DNA of 64,000 nucleotides from Squalus acanthias (lineage: Eukaryota). The stretch lies in contig CM059432.1 of the NCBI GenBank assembly GCA_030390025.1, positions 153,638,001 through 153,702,000 on the forward strand, given 5' to 3'. The first letter of the stretch is position 1, and each line of letters opens with the position of its first letter. Both the position numbers and the translations under genes were made by a program. This document shows positions 11,194 to 23,350 of this stretch, piece by piece. The notes beneath the pieces are model-generated. The model saw only the letters and a list, made by a program, of their open reading frames with translations, ran no database searches and was not told where the DNA came from.

Positions 11194-13356
11194 TTAGTGC
11201 CATCTGCAAACTCACTATACAACTCGATTCCTTCAACAAGTCATTAATATACAAAAGCTGAAGCCATAGCACAGAGCGCTGGGGAACACCACTTGTCACA
11301 TCCTGCCAATCAGAGAACGTTCTCTTTATCCCTATTCTCTGTCTCCTTCCTCCCAACTAAGGAGTGGTAAGCACAAGTTTTTTTTCCACAATCAGTCAAA
11401 ATATCAGCATGTCATCATGGGTAATGTACAGCTATATCCATGCACAGCATAAACCCATTGTTAATCTCTGCATATTTATTGTACGGATTTGCTGGGACAA
11501 TGCACCAAAGTTAAACATGAGCAGGTCTGGGTATCAGATGACAAAATAACAAAAGGCTAAAATGAGGTAATTCACTGTTTGTTTAAAGGATTCCTAGCCA
11601 TACAGCATTTTAACCGTACAGTGGATTTTCAAAGATAGTTGCAACATTTAAACATAAAGGTTACTGCAATTATGGTTTACCATCTTAAAGTTCGTGCTTT
11701 TACCGCATACATTACCCAGCTGTACTTTCCTAAACCCTTGTCAAAAGTAGAAAAGATGAGGAGCTCCAAGCATGCATAAACTTGGTACAAGTAATCTAAA
11801 CCGCAACTTTCTGGTAGTAAAATACTGAATGCTGCCAAAAATTTAGGGTTTTTTACCCCCTCCAAATCAAATTTTTTTTTTTTTAAATCCACAGATAGTC
11901 TTAACATTTAAGGCAGAATCGGGAAGGCCGGTTCTAGTTTCTTGTCCTTTTAACTCGCTTCTTATCTCACTTCATCTTTTCTTGAAACCAGAGGCTACGA
12001 ATTTTAAGTTTGGCAAAACGTGGCTCAAAAATCAGAAAAATACAAAATAAAAAAGCCTGTGGGGTGGGGGGTGGGGAATTATATTTTCAATTTTTTTTTT
12101 AAACAGTGAACTAGAGAACTTATTTTACAAAATGTTTACAAATATCCCCAAATGTTAATATTCTCGGAGTCTAAGACTACTTATGATCGAAGTCCTGGTT
12201 GCAATTAAACACAGGAAGGATATTAAAAACTTCCTAGAAGCATGATAACCACAATAGAAGAAGTAAACGAAAAAACATAATTGAAACCACATCCAAAACC
12301 CACATCCTTATTATTTACCAGTAGCATCCAAAGGACATTGTTGAGATGCAAAAAGCTCAAGGGTCTTGACTTTTTATAACTTGAAATCATCCAGCCCCAA
12401 AACATGAAAGAACACAACATCTGTCTAAGGTTAAAAGTTTACAGAGTGCCTACAACACTAAAATAGTTTTCCTCACAGAAACTCAAACAGGCCAACTATT
12501 CAACTCTATGCATACAAAACTGTGTAAAAAAAATTCTTTAGGCTTTAAAAAAGTATTGCATTTATATAGCACCTTTCACGACCTCAGAACGTCCCAATTG
12601 AGTAGATTGGGCCGATGCTCTCTGGATTTAGTAGAATGAGAGGTGATCTCATTGAAACATAAGATTCTGAAGGGTTTGACAGGGTAGATGCTGAGAGGCT
12701 GTTTCACCTAGTTGGCGAGTCTAGAACTAGGGGACATAGTCTCGGGATAAGGGGTCGGCCATTTAGGACTGAGATGAGGAGAAATTTCTTCACTCAGAGG
12801 GTTGTGAATCTTTGGAATTCTTTACCCCAGAGGGCTGTGGATGCTCAGTTGTTGAGTATATTCAAGGCTGAGATAGATAGATTTTTGGACTCTAAGGGCG
12901 TGAAATCCGGCTGCTTTGCGCCTGCCGTTAGCGCCTCCATGGGGCGCTAACGGGGCACAAATGGGTTTTCGCCCGGGCGGGGCGATATTAGCGCCCCGCA
13001 CTAAATTGGGTGGGGTTTTTGCAGAGGCACTAAGTGTTAGCACCCCGCTCCTATAGGTACTGCCCCGCTCGGCCGCGCCTGTCATCGCCATGCGCAGCAC
13101 CCCGTTAGCGCCCCGGATGCAAAATTCAGCCGCGCCCCCTCACTTACCGCCCGGCGCTAACAACGACAGCATCAGTGCGCGCTATTTAAAGGTGCCACCT
13201 TGAGGAAACTTTTTTGTCGGCCATAACTCTGCTGAGACATTGTCAGACAAGCTACTGAACATATTGCTGCGATTTTAGCTCCAAGGGCTGTCGTGAGTGT
13301 TAACAATTGCTGTATTTAACTCAGTGAATATTTGTGAAAACAATTTATACACTTTA

Positions 13357-14594
13357 ATGGGGGCTCTGTTGGCAGTTGACTACCTGCTCCATCGTGAATG
13401 TCGGAGGCTTCTTAGGAGGAGAGCACTGCAGGGACAAAGGCCTGGAGATATGCAGGGAGAGAGGCCTTGAGATAGACAGAGGGAGAAGGCGCAACAGGGC
13501 TGGCAACAGGAGACTTTACCCTCCCAGGGTATTGCGGCAGCAGTTCTCGTACCTCCATTTCACTGGGGAGCAGTGTCTGCGAAGGCTGCGCTTCAGCAAG
13601 GAGGTGGTTACAGAGCTCTGCCACCTCCTCCAGCCAGACCTCGAGCCTCAGACCAGCGTGCGGATGGCTCTCTGTGGCAGCGAAGGTGACCATCGCACTC
13701 AACTTCTATGCCAACGGTTCATTCCAATGTGCAACAGGAGACATCTCCAACATCTCCCAGTATGCTGTGCATCGCTCCTTCCGAGATGTCACAGATGCAC
13801 TGTATCGAAGGAGAAGGGAGTACATTTCCTTCCCTATGACCAGAGAGAAGCAGCACGAGCGTGCATGCGGATTTATCAGGATAGCGGGCTTCCCAATGGT
13901 GCAGGGCGCCATTGACTGCACCCACGCCGCCTTGCAGGCACCTCAGAACAATCCGGAGTTATTCCGCAACCGAAAAGGCTACCGCTCGCTGAATATTCAG
14001 TTCATGTGCGACCACACACGCAGATTCCGAACTGTCAATGCCCGATATCCTGGAAATAGCCATGATGCTTTTATCCTACACCAGACCGGTGTGCCAGATC
14101 TTTTCCAGCCACCACATCAAGCTCGCGAGTGGCTGCTCGGTGACAAGGGCTATCCGCTCTGCACCTGGCTGATGACTCCCCTACGCAACCCAAACACTCC
14201 TGCCCAGCACTCCTACAATGACAGTCATGCTGCCACCAGGAGCGTGATTGAGCAGGCGATAGGAGTGCTGAAACAATGGTTCCGCTACCATGACCACTCG
14301 GGAGGAGTCCTCCAGTACTCTCCTCATCGGGTCTCCCTATTTGTTGTCGTCTGCTGCATGCTGCACAACCTCACTATTATGAGGGCACAGCCATTACCAC
14401 CAGGCATAGATGCACCACCTCAGGAGGATGAGGAGGAAGAGGAGGAGGAGCAAGAGCAGGAGAAGAACAAGGAGGAGCAGCAGCAGCAACAACAGCAGCG
14501 ACAGAGGAGGGATCCAGTCAATAGGGATTCTGCAAGGGCACCCTTGCCATTGCACCTATCATCTCAGATTGCATGGCCAGCACCATTCTTCTAA
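13357..14594 (+). pseudogene. Harbinger DDE transposase (HARBI1-like), two frameshifts
   Basis: Motifs QCLRRLRFSK, GAIDCTH, NRKGYRSLN, GDKGYPL, IEQAIGVLKQ and CCMLHN, plus an acidic tail. The catalytic D, D and E are retained. Frame changes occur near 13375 and 13672. Confidence 0.92.
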
Positions 14595-15681
14595 AGGCCT
14601 CCCCATCGAGGTCCTCATCTGAGTCCTGTGCAGCAGAACTTGCGCGCAAACTCTCCCTCCGGGGAGATGGCTCTCGAGGTTCCATTTCCCCTTGACCTTG
14701 CTGTAGCCCGCTAGGCCCCAGTGCATCACCCAGTGCAGACCCCTGTGCTAAGCTAACCTCTAAGGAACGCGTAATGCCTGCGGGTGAGAAATGCAGTGGT
14801 GCAGTGCTTGGCTCCTCCACCTCCTCCTCCTCTTCCTCTCCCTCCTGAGTGTGTTGGGGGGGCTCAGGTACAGGCTCCACATCTGCTGGGAGATTATCAG
14901 AAAGCATAAATGGCACAAGACTCGTGTTAAGGTGAGGGCAGGGGGGGCAGGTACGGAGCAAGGAAGGCAGACAGTATCAGGAGGTGGCAAGTGATAAATG
15001 CTTCTGCTTTGATGGGGAAGTGGGATGAGAAAAGGAGAGGAGATAAAGATACCGTTGTTGTCCCCAGCTGGGTTGACGTCTCCGCCGGCCACAGCGCCCA
15101 CTATCTGTGGGCCAATGAGCCTCAGCACTCGCTCCTCAAGGTCAGAGAGGTCTCGCAGTTGAGGATCCCCCCTCCAGTCTGCTGTTGCTTCCTCGTATTA
15201 TGTGCCACCTTGGCCTGCAAAAGAAAGGAACTTGTGTGAATGACAGGCCAGCTATGTCTGTGGAAGATATGCCTGCCATGGTTGAATAGCTTTGAATGTA
15301 GGCAAGGCGTGAGACGGGGGTGTGAGCTTGAGTAGATGCAGATGCTTGGTGGTTGAGTGGTGGGGAAGTGGTGGTTTGCACAGTGTGCAGACAGAGGTTC
15401 AGAGGCTGGTAGTCGGAGGTCTGCAAGCATGTACTCACCTCCACCACCCGACTGAGGTCGTTGGATTTCTTCCGGCACTGTGTAAGGGTTCGGTGTATGA
15501 CAGTGCTGGCCGACACCTCCTCGGCCACTTCTCGCCAGATGGCCCTGAATATTTGTGGCGATGGCCTCCTGCCAGATGAAGGAAACAGCGATTCCCTCCT
15601 TCTCTCCACTGCCCCCACCAATGTCTCCAATTCCACATCGCTGAATCGAGTAGCCCTCTCCCTCTCCCTTGCAGCAGCCGT
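14518..15681 (-). pseudogene. Harbinger Myb/SANT-like partner, 3 exons: 15681-15439, 15214-15053, 14885-14518
   Basis: RERATRFSDVELETLV...IWREVAEEV...QCRKKSNDLSRVVE|gtgagt, then ttgcag|AKVAHN. The likely start codon is mutated to ACG at 15681, and exon 2 has a 1-nt deletion. Confidence 0.85.
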
Positions 15682-16164
15682 GGCACAAGCTGTCTCAGTA
15701 GCTGAGAGCTCGCACTCAAGAGCAGCAATGCTGATAATGAGCAGCTGCAGCTTGAAATTACCTCCCCTTTAAGAGCTGGAATAAGCTGGAGTCAAGGCTT
15801 GAAGGCTGATTGCTGAACGCAAGTCAGCTGAAATTGGGTAGCGCTCTGGCAATAGCGCCCCTGCAGTGCTCCACTGAGACCATTAGCGCCTCATTTACCG
15901 CCCTGCTTCACTCCTGGGGCGAAAATGCCCAATTATGCAACATTTTTCAATGGATTTCGCCAGGCGCTAACTTTTCAAAATGTTAAAAGTTAGCGGCCCA
16001 AATGGGGCGCAACCGAATTCCGTGCCCTAAGGGAATCAAGGGATATGGGGATAGTGCGGGAAAGTGAAGTTGAGGTCCAAGATCAGCCATGATCTTATTG
16101 AATGGCGGAGCAGGCTCGAGTATGGCCTACTCCTGCTCCTATTTCTTCTGTTCTTATGTTCAAA

Positions 16165-16556
16165 GTGCTTCACGGGCATTGCGCTTCACAGCCAATGAAG
16201 TACTTTTGAAGTGTAGTCACTGTTGTAATGTAGGAAATGCAGCAAGGTCCCACAAACAGCGATGGGATATATGATTAGATAATCTGTTTTTGTGATGTTA
16301 GTTGTGGGATAAATATTTTCCAGGATGCTGGGGAGAACTCCCCATGCTTTTATGTTTTTTATGTCCACCTGAGAGAACAGGTGCGTCTCAGTTTAATGTC
16401 TCATATGAAAGGCAGCACCTCTAACAGTGCAGCGTTCCCTCAGTACAGCACTTAAGTGTCAGCCTAGATTTTGTGCTCAAGTCTCTGGAGTGGGGCTTCA
16501 ACCCACAACCTTCTGACTCAGAGGCGAGAGTGCTACCACTGAGCCACGGCTGACAT
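16165..16556 (-). mobile_element. tRNA-derived Deu-domain SINE (SacSINE1-like)
   Basis: A box TGGCTCAGTGG, degenerate B box, central gtactgagggaacgctgcactgt..gaggtgc..ctttc...gagac resembling the Deu domain, and an L2-like tail. Confidence 0.8.
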
Positions 16557-17064
16557 CTTTCAGTTTCGGAATAAAGGGGTCACATGGGTGGAACACGTGG
16601 AGGGGAATTGGGCGGGCTGCGCTACGGATGTGCGATCCTCAACCCACCCTCTGTCCTTACATTTTCCATCCATTTCAATTAATAGGTGGAAAATCAGACG
16701 GGCTGCGATTACGGGATCCTTCTTGCCCCATTTTCCTGTACGAGCCACCCCCATATTTGCAGCATGATTACTCAGTCTCCACAGTACCACAGCTGAATGA
16801 ATAGCAAAGCAAAATAAATTAGTTTACTGTGCATTTGTAAATTATTGCTGCGCAGGTACGTAAAAGCTTTAATGAAACACTTTCGACTTGCATTATCAAA
16901 AATAAAACATTAGAATACAATACAGTTCAATGGGCTGAAATTGGTCTTCGCCAAAAGCACGAGACACGCTCATAGCAAATCAGCAGACCATTTTACACCG
17001 CGTCAGATTTTCTTTTCCATGACAACGCACAATCAAGATATGCAAAACAGAATCATCAACATAA

Positions 17065-17262
17065 TCTTAGAATCTTACACAGCACAGAAGAAAGCCATTC
17101 GGCCCATCATACTTGTACGGGCTCTTTGAAAGAGCTATCCAATTAGTCCCACTTCCCTGCTCCTTTGCCATAGCCCGGCAAAATTTTCCTTTTCAAGTCT
17201 ATATCCAACTCCCTTTTGAAAGTTACTGTTGAATCTGCTTCCATCCCCCTTTCAGGCAGTGC
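17065..17262 (-). mobile_element. CR1 3' end
   Basis: Reverse-complement 3' UTR (acagcacagaag..gccattcggccc) and LPEG..EADS remnant. Confidence 0.7.
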
Positions 17263-17494
17263 ATTATGCATGAGGCTCATACTGTGCATTCCAGGCATAG
17301 TGCATTTTTCTTATTTTATTTGAACACTTTTGTTTATTAGTTATAAAAGTATAGGAGATGGTGGGGGTTGGGGGGCTGGCGGGAGAGGCTGTTTGACCGA
17401 GTGGTGTGGTTGGAGGTGAGAGGTCATGTGATGAAACCTTCAGGAATATATCCAACCACAGTGGAAAACCCTAACCTGGTGTGTATTTCCAGAC

Positions 17495-18647
17495 AATAAG
17501 GTAATGGCAGATCTATTAAACGAGTACTTTGTATCTGTTTTTATGGCAGAGGAGGAGGATAAAATACCAGTGATAGAAGAGTAACTAAAAATAAATCAAG
17601 GGGAGGAACTTACTAGATTCAATATAAGTAAAAAAAAAGGGTAATGGAGAAAATAATAGGACTTTAGGATAGATAAAGCTCCAGGACCTAATGGTTTCCA
17701 CCCCAGGATATTAAAATAAGTAGATAAGGAAATTACAGAAGCATTAGTCATAATCTTTCAAAGCTCTCTTGATTCGGGAATTGTGCTGTTACATCGAAAA
17801 TTTGCTAATATCACTCCATTATTTTAGAAGGGTGGGAGAGAGAAACCAGGTAACTACAGACCTGTCAGTTTAATGTCAGTTGTGGGGCAGCTACTAGAAT
17901 CTATCATTAGGGATATAGTGACTGAGCACTTGAACAAATATGAGCTGGTCAGAGAGAGCCAGCATGGCTTTGTTAAGGGTAAGTCATGTCTGACTAATCT
18001 AACTGAATTTTTTGAGGAGGTAACTAATAAGGTAGATAAGGGAGTGCCTATGGATGTTATCTATATGGACTTCCAGAAGGTATTTGATAAGGTTCCACAC
18101 AAGATATTATTAGTTACTTTCTTGACTTGGGTTGGAAATTGGTTGAGAGGTACGAGTGGGGAGAAAGTGGGGATAATAGGTATGTACTCTGATTGGCAGG
18201 GTGTAGGAAGTGGTACTCCCCAGGGATCTGTTCTAGGGCCTAAATTTTTTTACCATATTTCTCCTCCAAAGATTGTGGATGCTGGGTAACTAAAATTTTC
18301 AAGACTGAGATCAATAAATTTTTGTTAGGTAAGGGTATCAAGGTCACAGTCTCAGGATACGGGGTAGGACATTTAGGACTGAGATGAGGAGAAATTTCTT
18401 CACTCAGAGGGTGGTGAACCTGTGGAATTTTCTACCACAGAAGGCTGTGGAGGCCAAGCCACTGAATAAATTTAAGAAGGAGATAGATAGATTTCTAGAT
18501 GCAAAAGGCATCAAGGGGTATGGGGAGAGAGCAGGAATATGATATTGAGATAGAGGATCAGCCATGATCATATTGAATGGTGGAGCAGGCTCGAAGGGCC
18601 GAATGGCCTACTCCTGCTCCTATTTTTCTATGTTTCTATGTTTCTAT
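17495..18647 (+). mobile_element. CR1 ORF2 fragments and 3' end
   Basis: QHGFVKGKSCLTNL, YMDFQKVFDKVPH and PQGSVLGP, with a (ttctatgt)n tail at about 18626-18646. Confidence 0.85.
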
Positions 18648-18664
18648 ATCAACTCACAGACATA

Positions 18665-19382
18665 GGGCTGGATTTTCATTGACCCGTGGAGGTGGGTTTG
18701 GAGGCGTGTGGGGGGTTAAAATTGCGAAAACTGGCGGGCGGGCACAAGCCCACCTTCATGCAATTTTCATTAAATCGTGTCTGCTGGTCCCACCTCTAAG
18801 AGGCAGGATAGGCTGTTAAGGCCCTTAACAAGCACTAAATTGCCTCTATAATGCCATTTTGAAAGGCCTTTGCGATTTTAACCCCTTTTCTACGTGAAGC
18901 ACGCCTGTTCTGAACCACGAATGTGAAACCTGGCGGCAGCACATCTGGCTGGCTGGCTGGCAGTGGTGGTGGATGGGAGGCTGATCTGGGAGTGGTGGTG
19001 GATGGGAGGCTGATCTGGGAGTGGTGGTGGATGGGAGGCTGATCTGGGAGTGGTGGTGGATGGGAGACATATCTGGGAGTGGTGGTGGATGGGAGACATA
19101 TCTGGGAGCAGACTTAGGGCTGCTGCTGCTCATTTTGCAGGTCCTCTCACAGCAAAGGCCAGGCAGTCTTTGCAGACCTTCAATGCAGCAGCAATGATGA
19201 CATCATCAGAGGCGACTTTCAGACTGAAAACACTAATTGTGTCATGGGTTCCCACATGCTGGAACTCAATTGCCCAATTAGGTGAAAATCGCATCAATCT
19301 CCCACATCCAATTGCAGTCGGGTGGATAACACGAAAAGTGGATGACACGACCCCAACCCGCCCCAGTATCAAAATCCAGCCC
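18665..19382. mobile_element. Non-autonomous Harbinger-type element
   Basis: Perfect 12-bp TIR GGGCTGGATTTT / AAAATCCAGCCC with flanks ATA / AAA. It is inserted in a CR1 tail. Confidence 0.8.
18963..19108. repeat. 29-bp tandem repeat (gtggtggtggatgggaggctgatctggga), about 5 units
   Basis: Directly visible; two unit variants. Confidence 0.9.
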
Positions 19383-19385
19383 AAA

Positions 19386-20430
19386 GAGTCTTACAGCACA
19401 GAAGGAGGCTGTCTTGCCTGGCTCTTTGAAAGAGCTGTCCAATTTAGTCCCACACCCCAGGTTTTTCCCTATAACTCTGCAAATTAGTACTCTTCAAGTG
19501 CATGTCCAATTGCCTTTTAAAACTTCCTAGATAATATGATTCCACCACACTTTCAGGTAGTGTGTTCCAGATCTTACCAACCCTCTGTGTAAAAAAAAAT
19601 TCTCCTAATTTTCCCTCTAGTTCTTTTACCAATTATTTTAAATCTATGACCTCTGGTTACTGACCCATTTGCCAGAGGAAACAGTTTCTCATCACTTGCT
19701 CTATCAAAACCCCTCATAATTTTAACTACCTCTATTAGGTCTCCCCTTAACCTTCTCTGCTCTAAGGAGAACAATCCCACCTTCTCCAATCTCTCCACAT
19801 AACTGAAGTCCCTTAGCCCTGTTATCATTGTGGTATACCTCCTCTGTATCCTCTCCAAGGCCTTGACATCCTTCCTAAAGTGTGGTGCCCAGAATTGTAC
19901 ACAATACTCCAGCTGAGGCCTAACCAGTGATTTGTAAAGGTTTAGCATGACTTCCTTGTTTTTATATTCAATGCCCTATTTACAAGGCCAAGTATCCCGT
20001 ACGCTTTCTTAAACGCCTTGTCAACGTGCCCTGCCACCTTCAAAGATTTGTGAATATGCACCCCCATAGTAGCTACGTGAAAACATTTGTCCTCATCTCC
20101 TCTCTGGTTCTTTTGCCAATTATCTTAAATCTGTGTCCTCTGGTTATCGGCCCGCCCGTCAATGGAAACCGTTTCTCCCTATTTAAAAGCCCTCATGATT
20201 TTGAGCACCTCTCTTAAATCTCCCCTTAACCTTCTCTGCTCTAAGGAGAACAATCCCAGTTTTTCTAGTCTCTCCAAATAACTGAAGTCCCTCATCCCTG
20301 GTATCATTTTGGTAATTCTCGTCTGCACCATCTCCAAGGCCTTGAAGTGTGATGCCCAGAATTGGACACAATACTCCAACTGAGACCTAACCAATAATTT
20401 ATAAAGATTTGGCATAATTTCCTTGCTTGA
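19386..20430 (-). mobile_element. Two adjacent CR1 3' fragments
   Basis: LYKSLVRPQLEYCVQFW occurs twice (ORFs 19574-19948 and 20179-20526). Confidence 0.85.
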
Positions 20431-20939
20431 AAGCCTCTTTTTAGCAAAACTTCTGAATGTCTGTCCTTCAATATAGTTCACCCCTTGATAAACATGGTTG
20501 CTACTAGGATTCTGATGAGAACGCATTTTCTACTTCACAGGACCTACCTTCTTATAGATCTTCTCATGTGTAAACATATCTTCTTTATGTCACTACAACT
20601 AATGCCTGACATAAGGACAGTAGCTCAGTACAAATACATTACAGTAATTTAACCTGATCTGGTCACTTCAAGCACTTTATGACTAGCAATGCCAGCAGCT
20701 ACCCCAACCTTTGTAATGGTTTCTCATTCTAGTTGGCAGCCTTCCTTAATGGAAAAATAATGTTATATACAAGAACGGACTGAGAGCATGAACCAGATAC
20801 AATATGGATGTAATAGGTCATGCCTACATTGTGAAATGAGATAACTAGTTTTAGTACTAGACTATTTACTTTTAACATCTGCATCGGCTCAACTTAAATG
20901 CAAAAGTAAATGAGCACAATACATTAAAGGAGGTATATA

Positions 20940-22680
20940 AAAGACTTGCATTTATATAGCGCCTTTCACGACCTCAAGACAACCCAAAGCATTTTACAGC
21001 CAATTAAGTACTTTTTGAAATGTAGGGGACGATTTTCCCACTGGAGGCAGGTTTCAGTTTGGTTGGGTTTGAAACCCGCCTCCACTGATAGGTTTCAAAA
21101 ATTTGCGATTTTCCCATGATTGGCCACTTGATTTCAGAGGTGTGGGATGCCCTTGCTCAATTAGTGTTTTGGGACTGAAACTCGCCTCTGTTGACAGCAC
21201 TTTTCCAGTCTGATTTTATGGCTTCTTGCTCCCTTGGCTCATTCCACAGCATTTCTGCGTCTCCTGCACCACCTCCAACATCTTTTGAGAAACCACTATG
21301 TCCAATTCTAAGGCAAGGGCCTACCCGAGGCTCTCGGATGAGGCACTGCAAATGTTGTTGGAGGGGGTGACAGCTAGCAGCATGGAGGTGCTCTTCCACT
21401 CATCTCGGAGGAAGAGGCCTACCAAAGAAACCAAGGCTGTGTGGGTACAGCTGGCAAGGGATATAACCTCCAGATCTGTGTGCAGATTGGGAGACTGTTT
21501 CTGTGTATTGATGAAATGCCATCCCTGTTGGAATGCATTAAAATGATTTGAAGCCAAAATGTTGGCGTTATGCCATCTGTTCTTTCGCCTTAGGCAGCTC
21601 CACATTGTGGGCACCGCCACACTTGCGTTGTCAGGTTGGTGGCCTGAGTGAAAGGAGGCCAGAGAGTCATGTCCATTGTCAATGATGTCCTAGGATGGAG
21701 CAAAGGACATGTGCCAACTTGGGCAACCTATGCAAATCTGGGCATGATAAGCTCATCCCTTGCATCCCGGGCAGCCATGTGCTCGCGTGCTGCCATTGCT
21801 GCTGGTCGATACACTGGCACTCTGGCCTCCTCCTCCTCCTCCTCCAGATCCTCCTCATCCTCATCTGAGGTCCATGCAGAAAGAAAACGAATGGTTCCCG
21901 TGCTGCTTTTAGATGCCTCCTTTGGGGAAGTGCTCATTGCAAGCGGGGAGAAGGTCTTCCAAGGAGGTCCCACAGTTGATGGAGTCAAGCTGCAGCACCT
22001 CCGACTTCGGAAGGCCTTCTAAAAGTGCTCAGAGACCTTTTAAAGCCAAGGTCTGGCACCTGCAAGTAATCCTGCTGCAATAAACGATGTCTTGTTAGAC
22101 CTGCAGCAGTGAGGAGGCCACCCACGAGTCAACAGGTTTACCTGGCGTGGTTTAGGAGGTGCGTGGATCACGCCGAAAAGCTGGAAAAATCACGAGGGCC
22201 TCTCAAAATAGGCTTAGAGGGGCCATTAACGAGCATTTAAGGATCTTTAATAGCGCAATGGCCAGCTGGAGGCAGGAGCATTTCCCGACCTCCAAAACCG
22301 GCACCGGCAAAATCCCGCGGAGGTGGGTTCCGAACCCGACCACTTTGAATCTGATTTTCCCGCCTTTCCCTCCTCCAAACTCGCCTCCTCCAATGTTAGA
22401 AAATCGCCCCCGTAGTCACTGTAGACACTAATCTATTTTAGTGATGTTGGTTGAGAGATAAATATTGGCCAGGAGTCTGGGAGAACTCCCAGGTGGTCGA
22501 GAGGTGCCATGGGATATTTTACATCCACCTGAGAGGGCAGACGGAGCCTTAGTTTAACGTCTCATCCGAAAGAAGGCACCTCCAACAGTGCAGCACTCCC
22601 TCAGTACTGCAGTGAAGTATCAGCCTAGATTATGTGCTCAAGTCTCTGGAGAATGGCTTGAATCCACGACCTTCTGACTA
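20940..22680 (-). mobile_element. Deu-domain SINE split by a Harbinger derivative
   Basis: Tail 20940-21024 and body 22412-22680 rejoin as tttgaaatgta|gtcactgta. Confidence 0.75.
21025..22411. mobile_element. Harbinger deletion derivative, TSD GTA
   Basis: TIRs GGGGACGATTTT / AAAATCGCCCCC. Myb remnant on + (21298: ARAYPRLSDEALQMLLEGV...AVWVQLA) and transposase-like acidic C-terminus on - (EEEEEE...ARDARDELIMPRFA). Confidence 0.88.
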
Positions 22681-23350
22681 TGTTGGTCTAAAACTATTTT
22701 ATTTAATTAGTATAAACTCATGTGTTTTGAATAACCTACACGTCATTTGAAATGGGTAAACAATTGATGTTACTTATTTTTAATTATTTCCCATTTAACC
22801 AACCCTCCCTTTTATCATCTATGCAACAGATCACTACATTTAAAAAAAACACACACTTGGGGAAAAGAGATGATGAAACATTTTTTCTGGTGGAGATGTT
22901 TTAAGAGTTGCTTCTTTTTACAGATCCTTGGAGATGAGGATCGCAATTTACAATGATTTCCCCTCGCCCAGCTCAACTGATGACCTTCAAAGTCTGCAGG
23001 CTGGCCGACAGCCACCTACACAGCTTTCATCAATAGCCATTGTTCGTTCAAGCACAAAGAGAGCAATGGCAGAAAGTTTTAAAAAGGAGAACATCTGTAT
23101 CGAAATAAAATAAGAATACTAATTCAGATTAGCAAAGATACAAATTCAGGATGCAGTCTCCCATTGCTGCCCCAGCTAAATAAAGCTACCTCCACACAGA
23201 CAAACCTTTGAACGTGGGAGCTTCCTGATCACATCACAAGATGCTAGCTGTAATCCGAACTGCATCAATAGTCCACATTCTATAATACAGCACTTCTGTC
23301 CAGAAAATATTTATTTTCTTGATAAGGAACAAAGCTGTTTTTCTTCATAC

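Larger units (their letters stand above)
6205..11360 (-). mobile_element. CR1 LINE fragment split by insertions (pieces about 6205-6641, 9541-10109, 11194-11360)
   Basis: RT C-terminal motifs (RFTRMIPGLKGLNYEDRL; VTSGVPQ) continue across the inserted elements. Confidence 0.75.
12896..16027. mobile_element. PIF/Harbinger transposon, 3132 bp, TSD TAA
   Basis: Imperfect TIRs (GGGCGTGAAATCCGGCTGC vs GGGCACGGAATTCGGTTGC), TAA duplicated at 12893-12895 and 16028-16030, and two convergent genes. Confidence 0.93.
12600..16160 (+). mobile_element. CR1 3' fragment (12600-12895 plus 16028-16160) split by Harbinger
   Basis: The host sequence ttggactctaa|gggaatcaagggatatgggg is restored when the insert is removed. 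Confidence 0.85.

Noticed and set aside
13357..14594. Domesticated host gene HARBI1
   Set aside because: It is frameshifted and lies within TIRs and a TSD inside a CR1, so it is a transposon copy.
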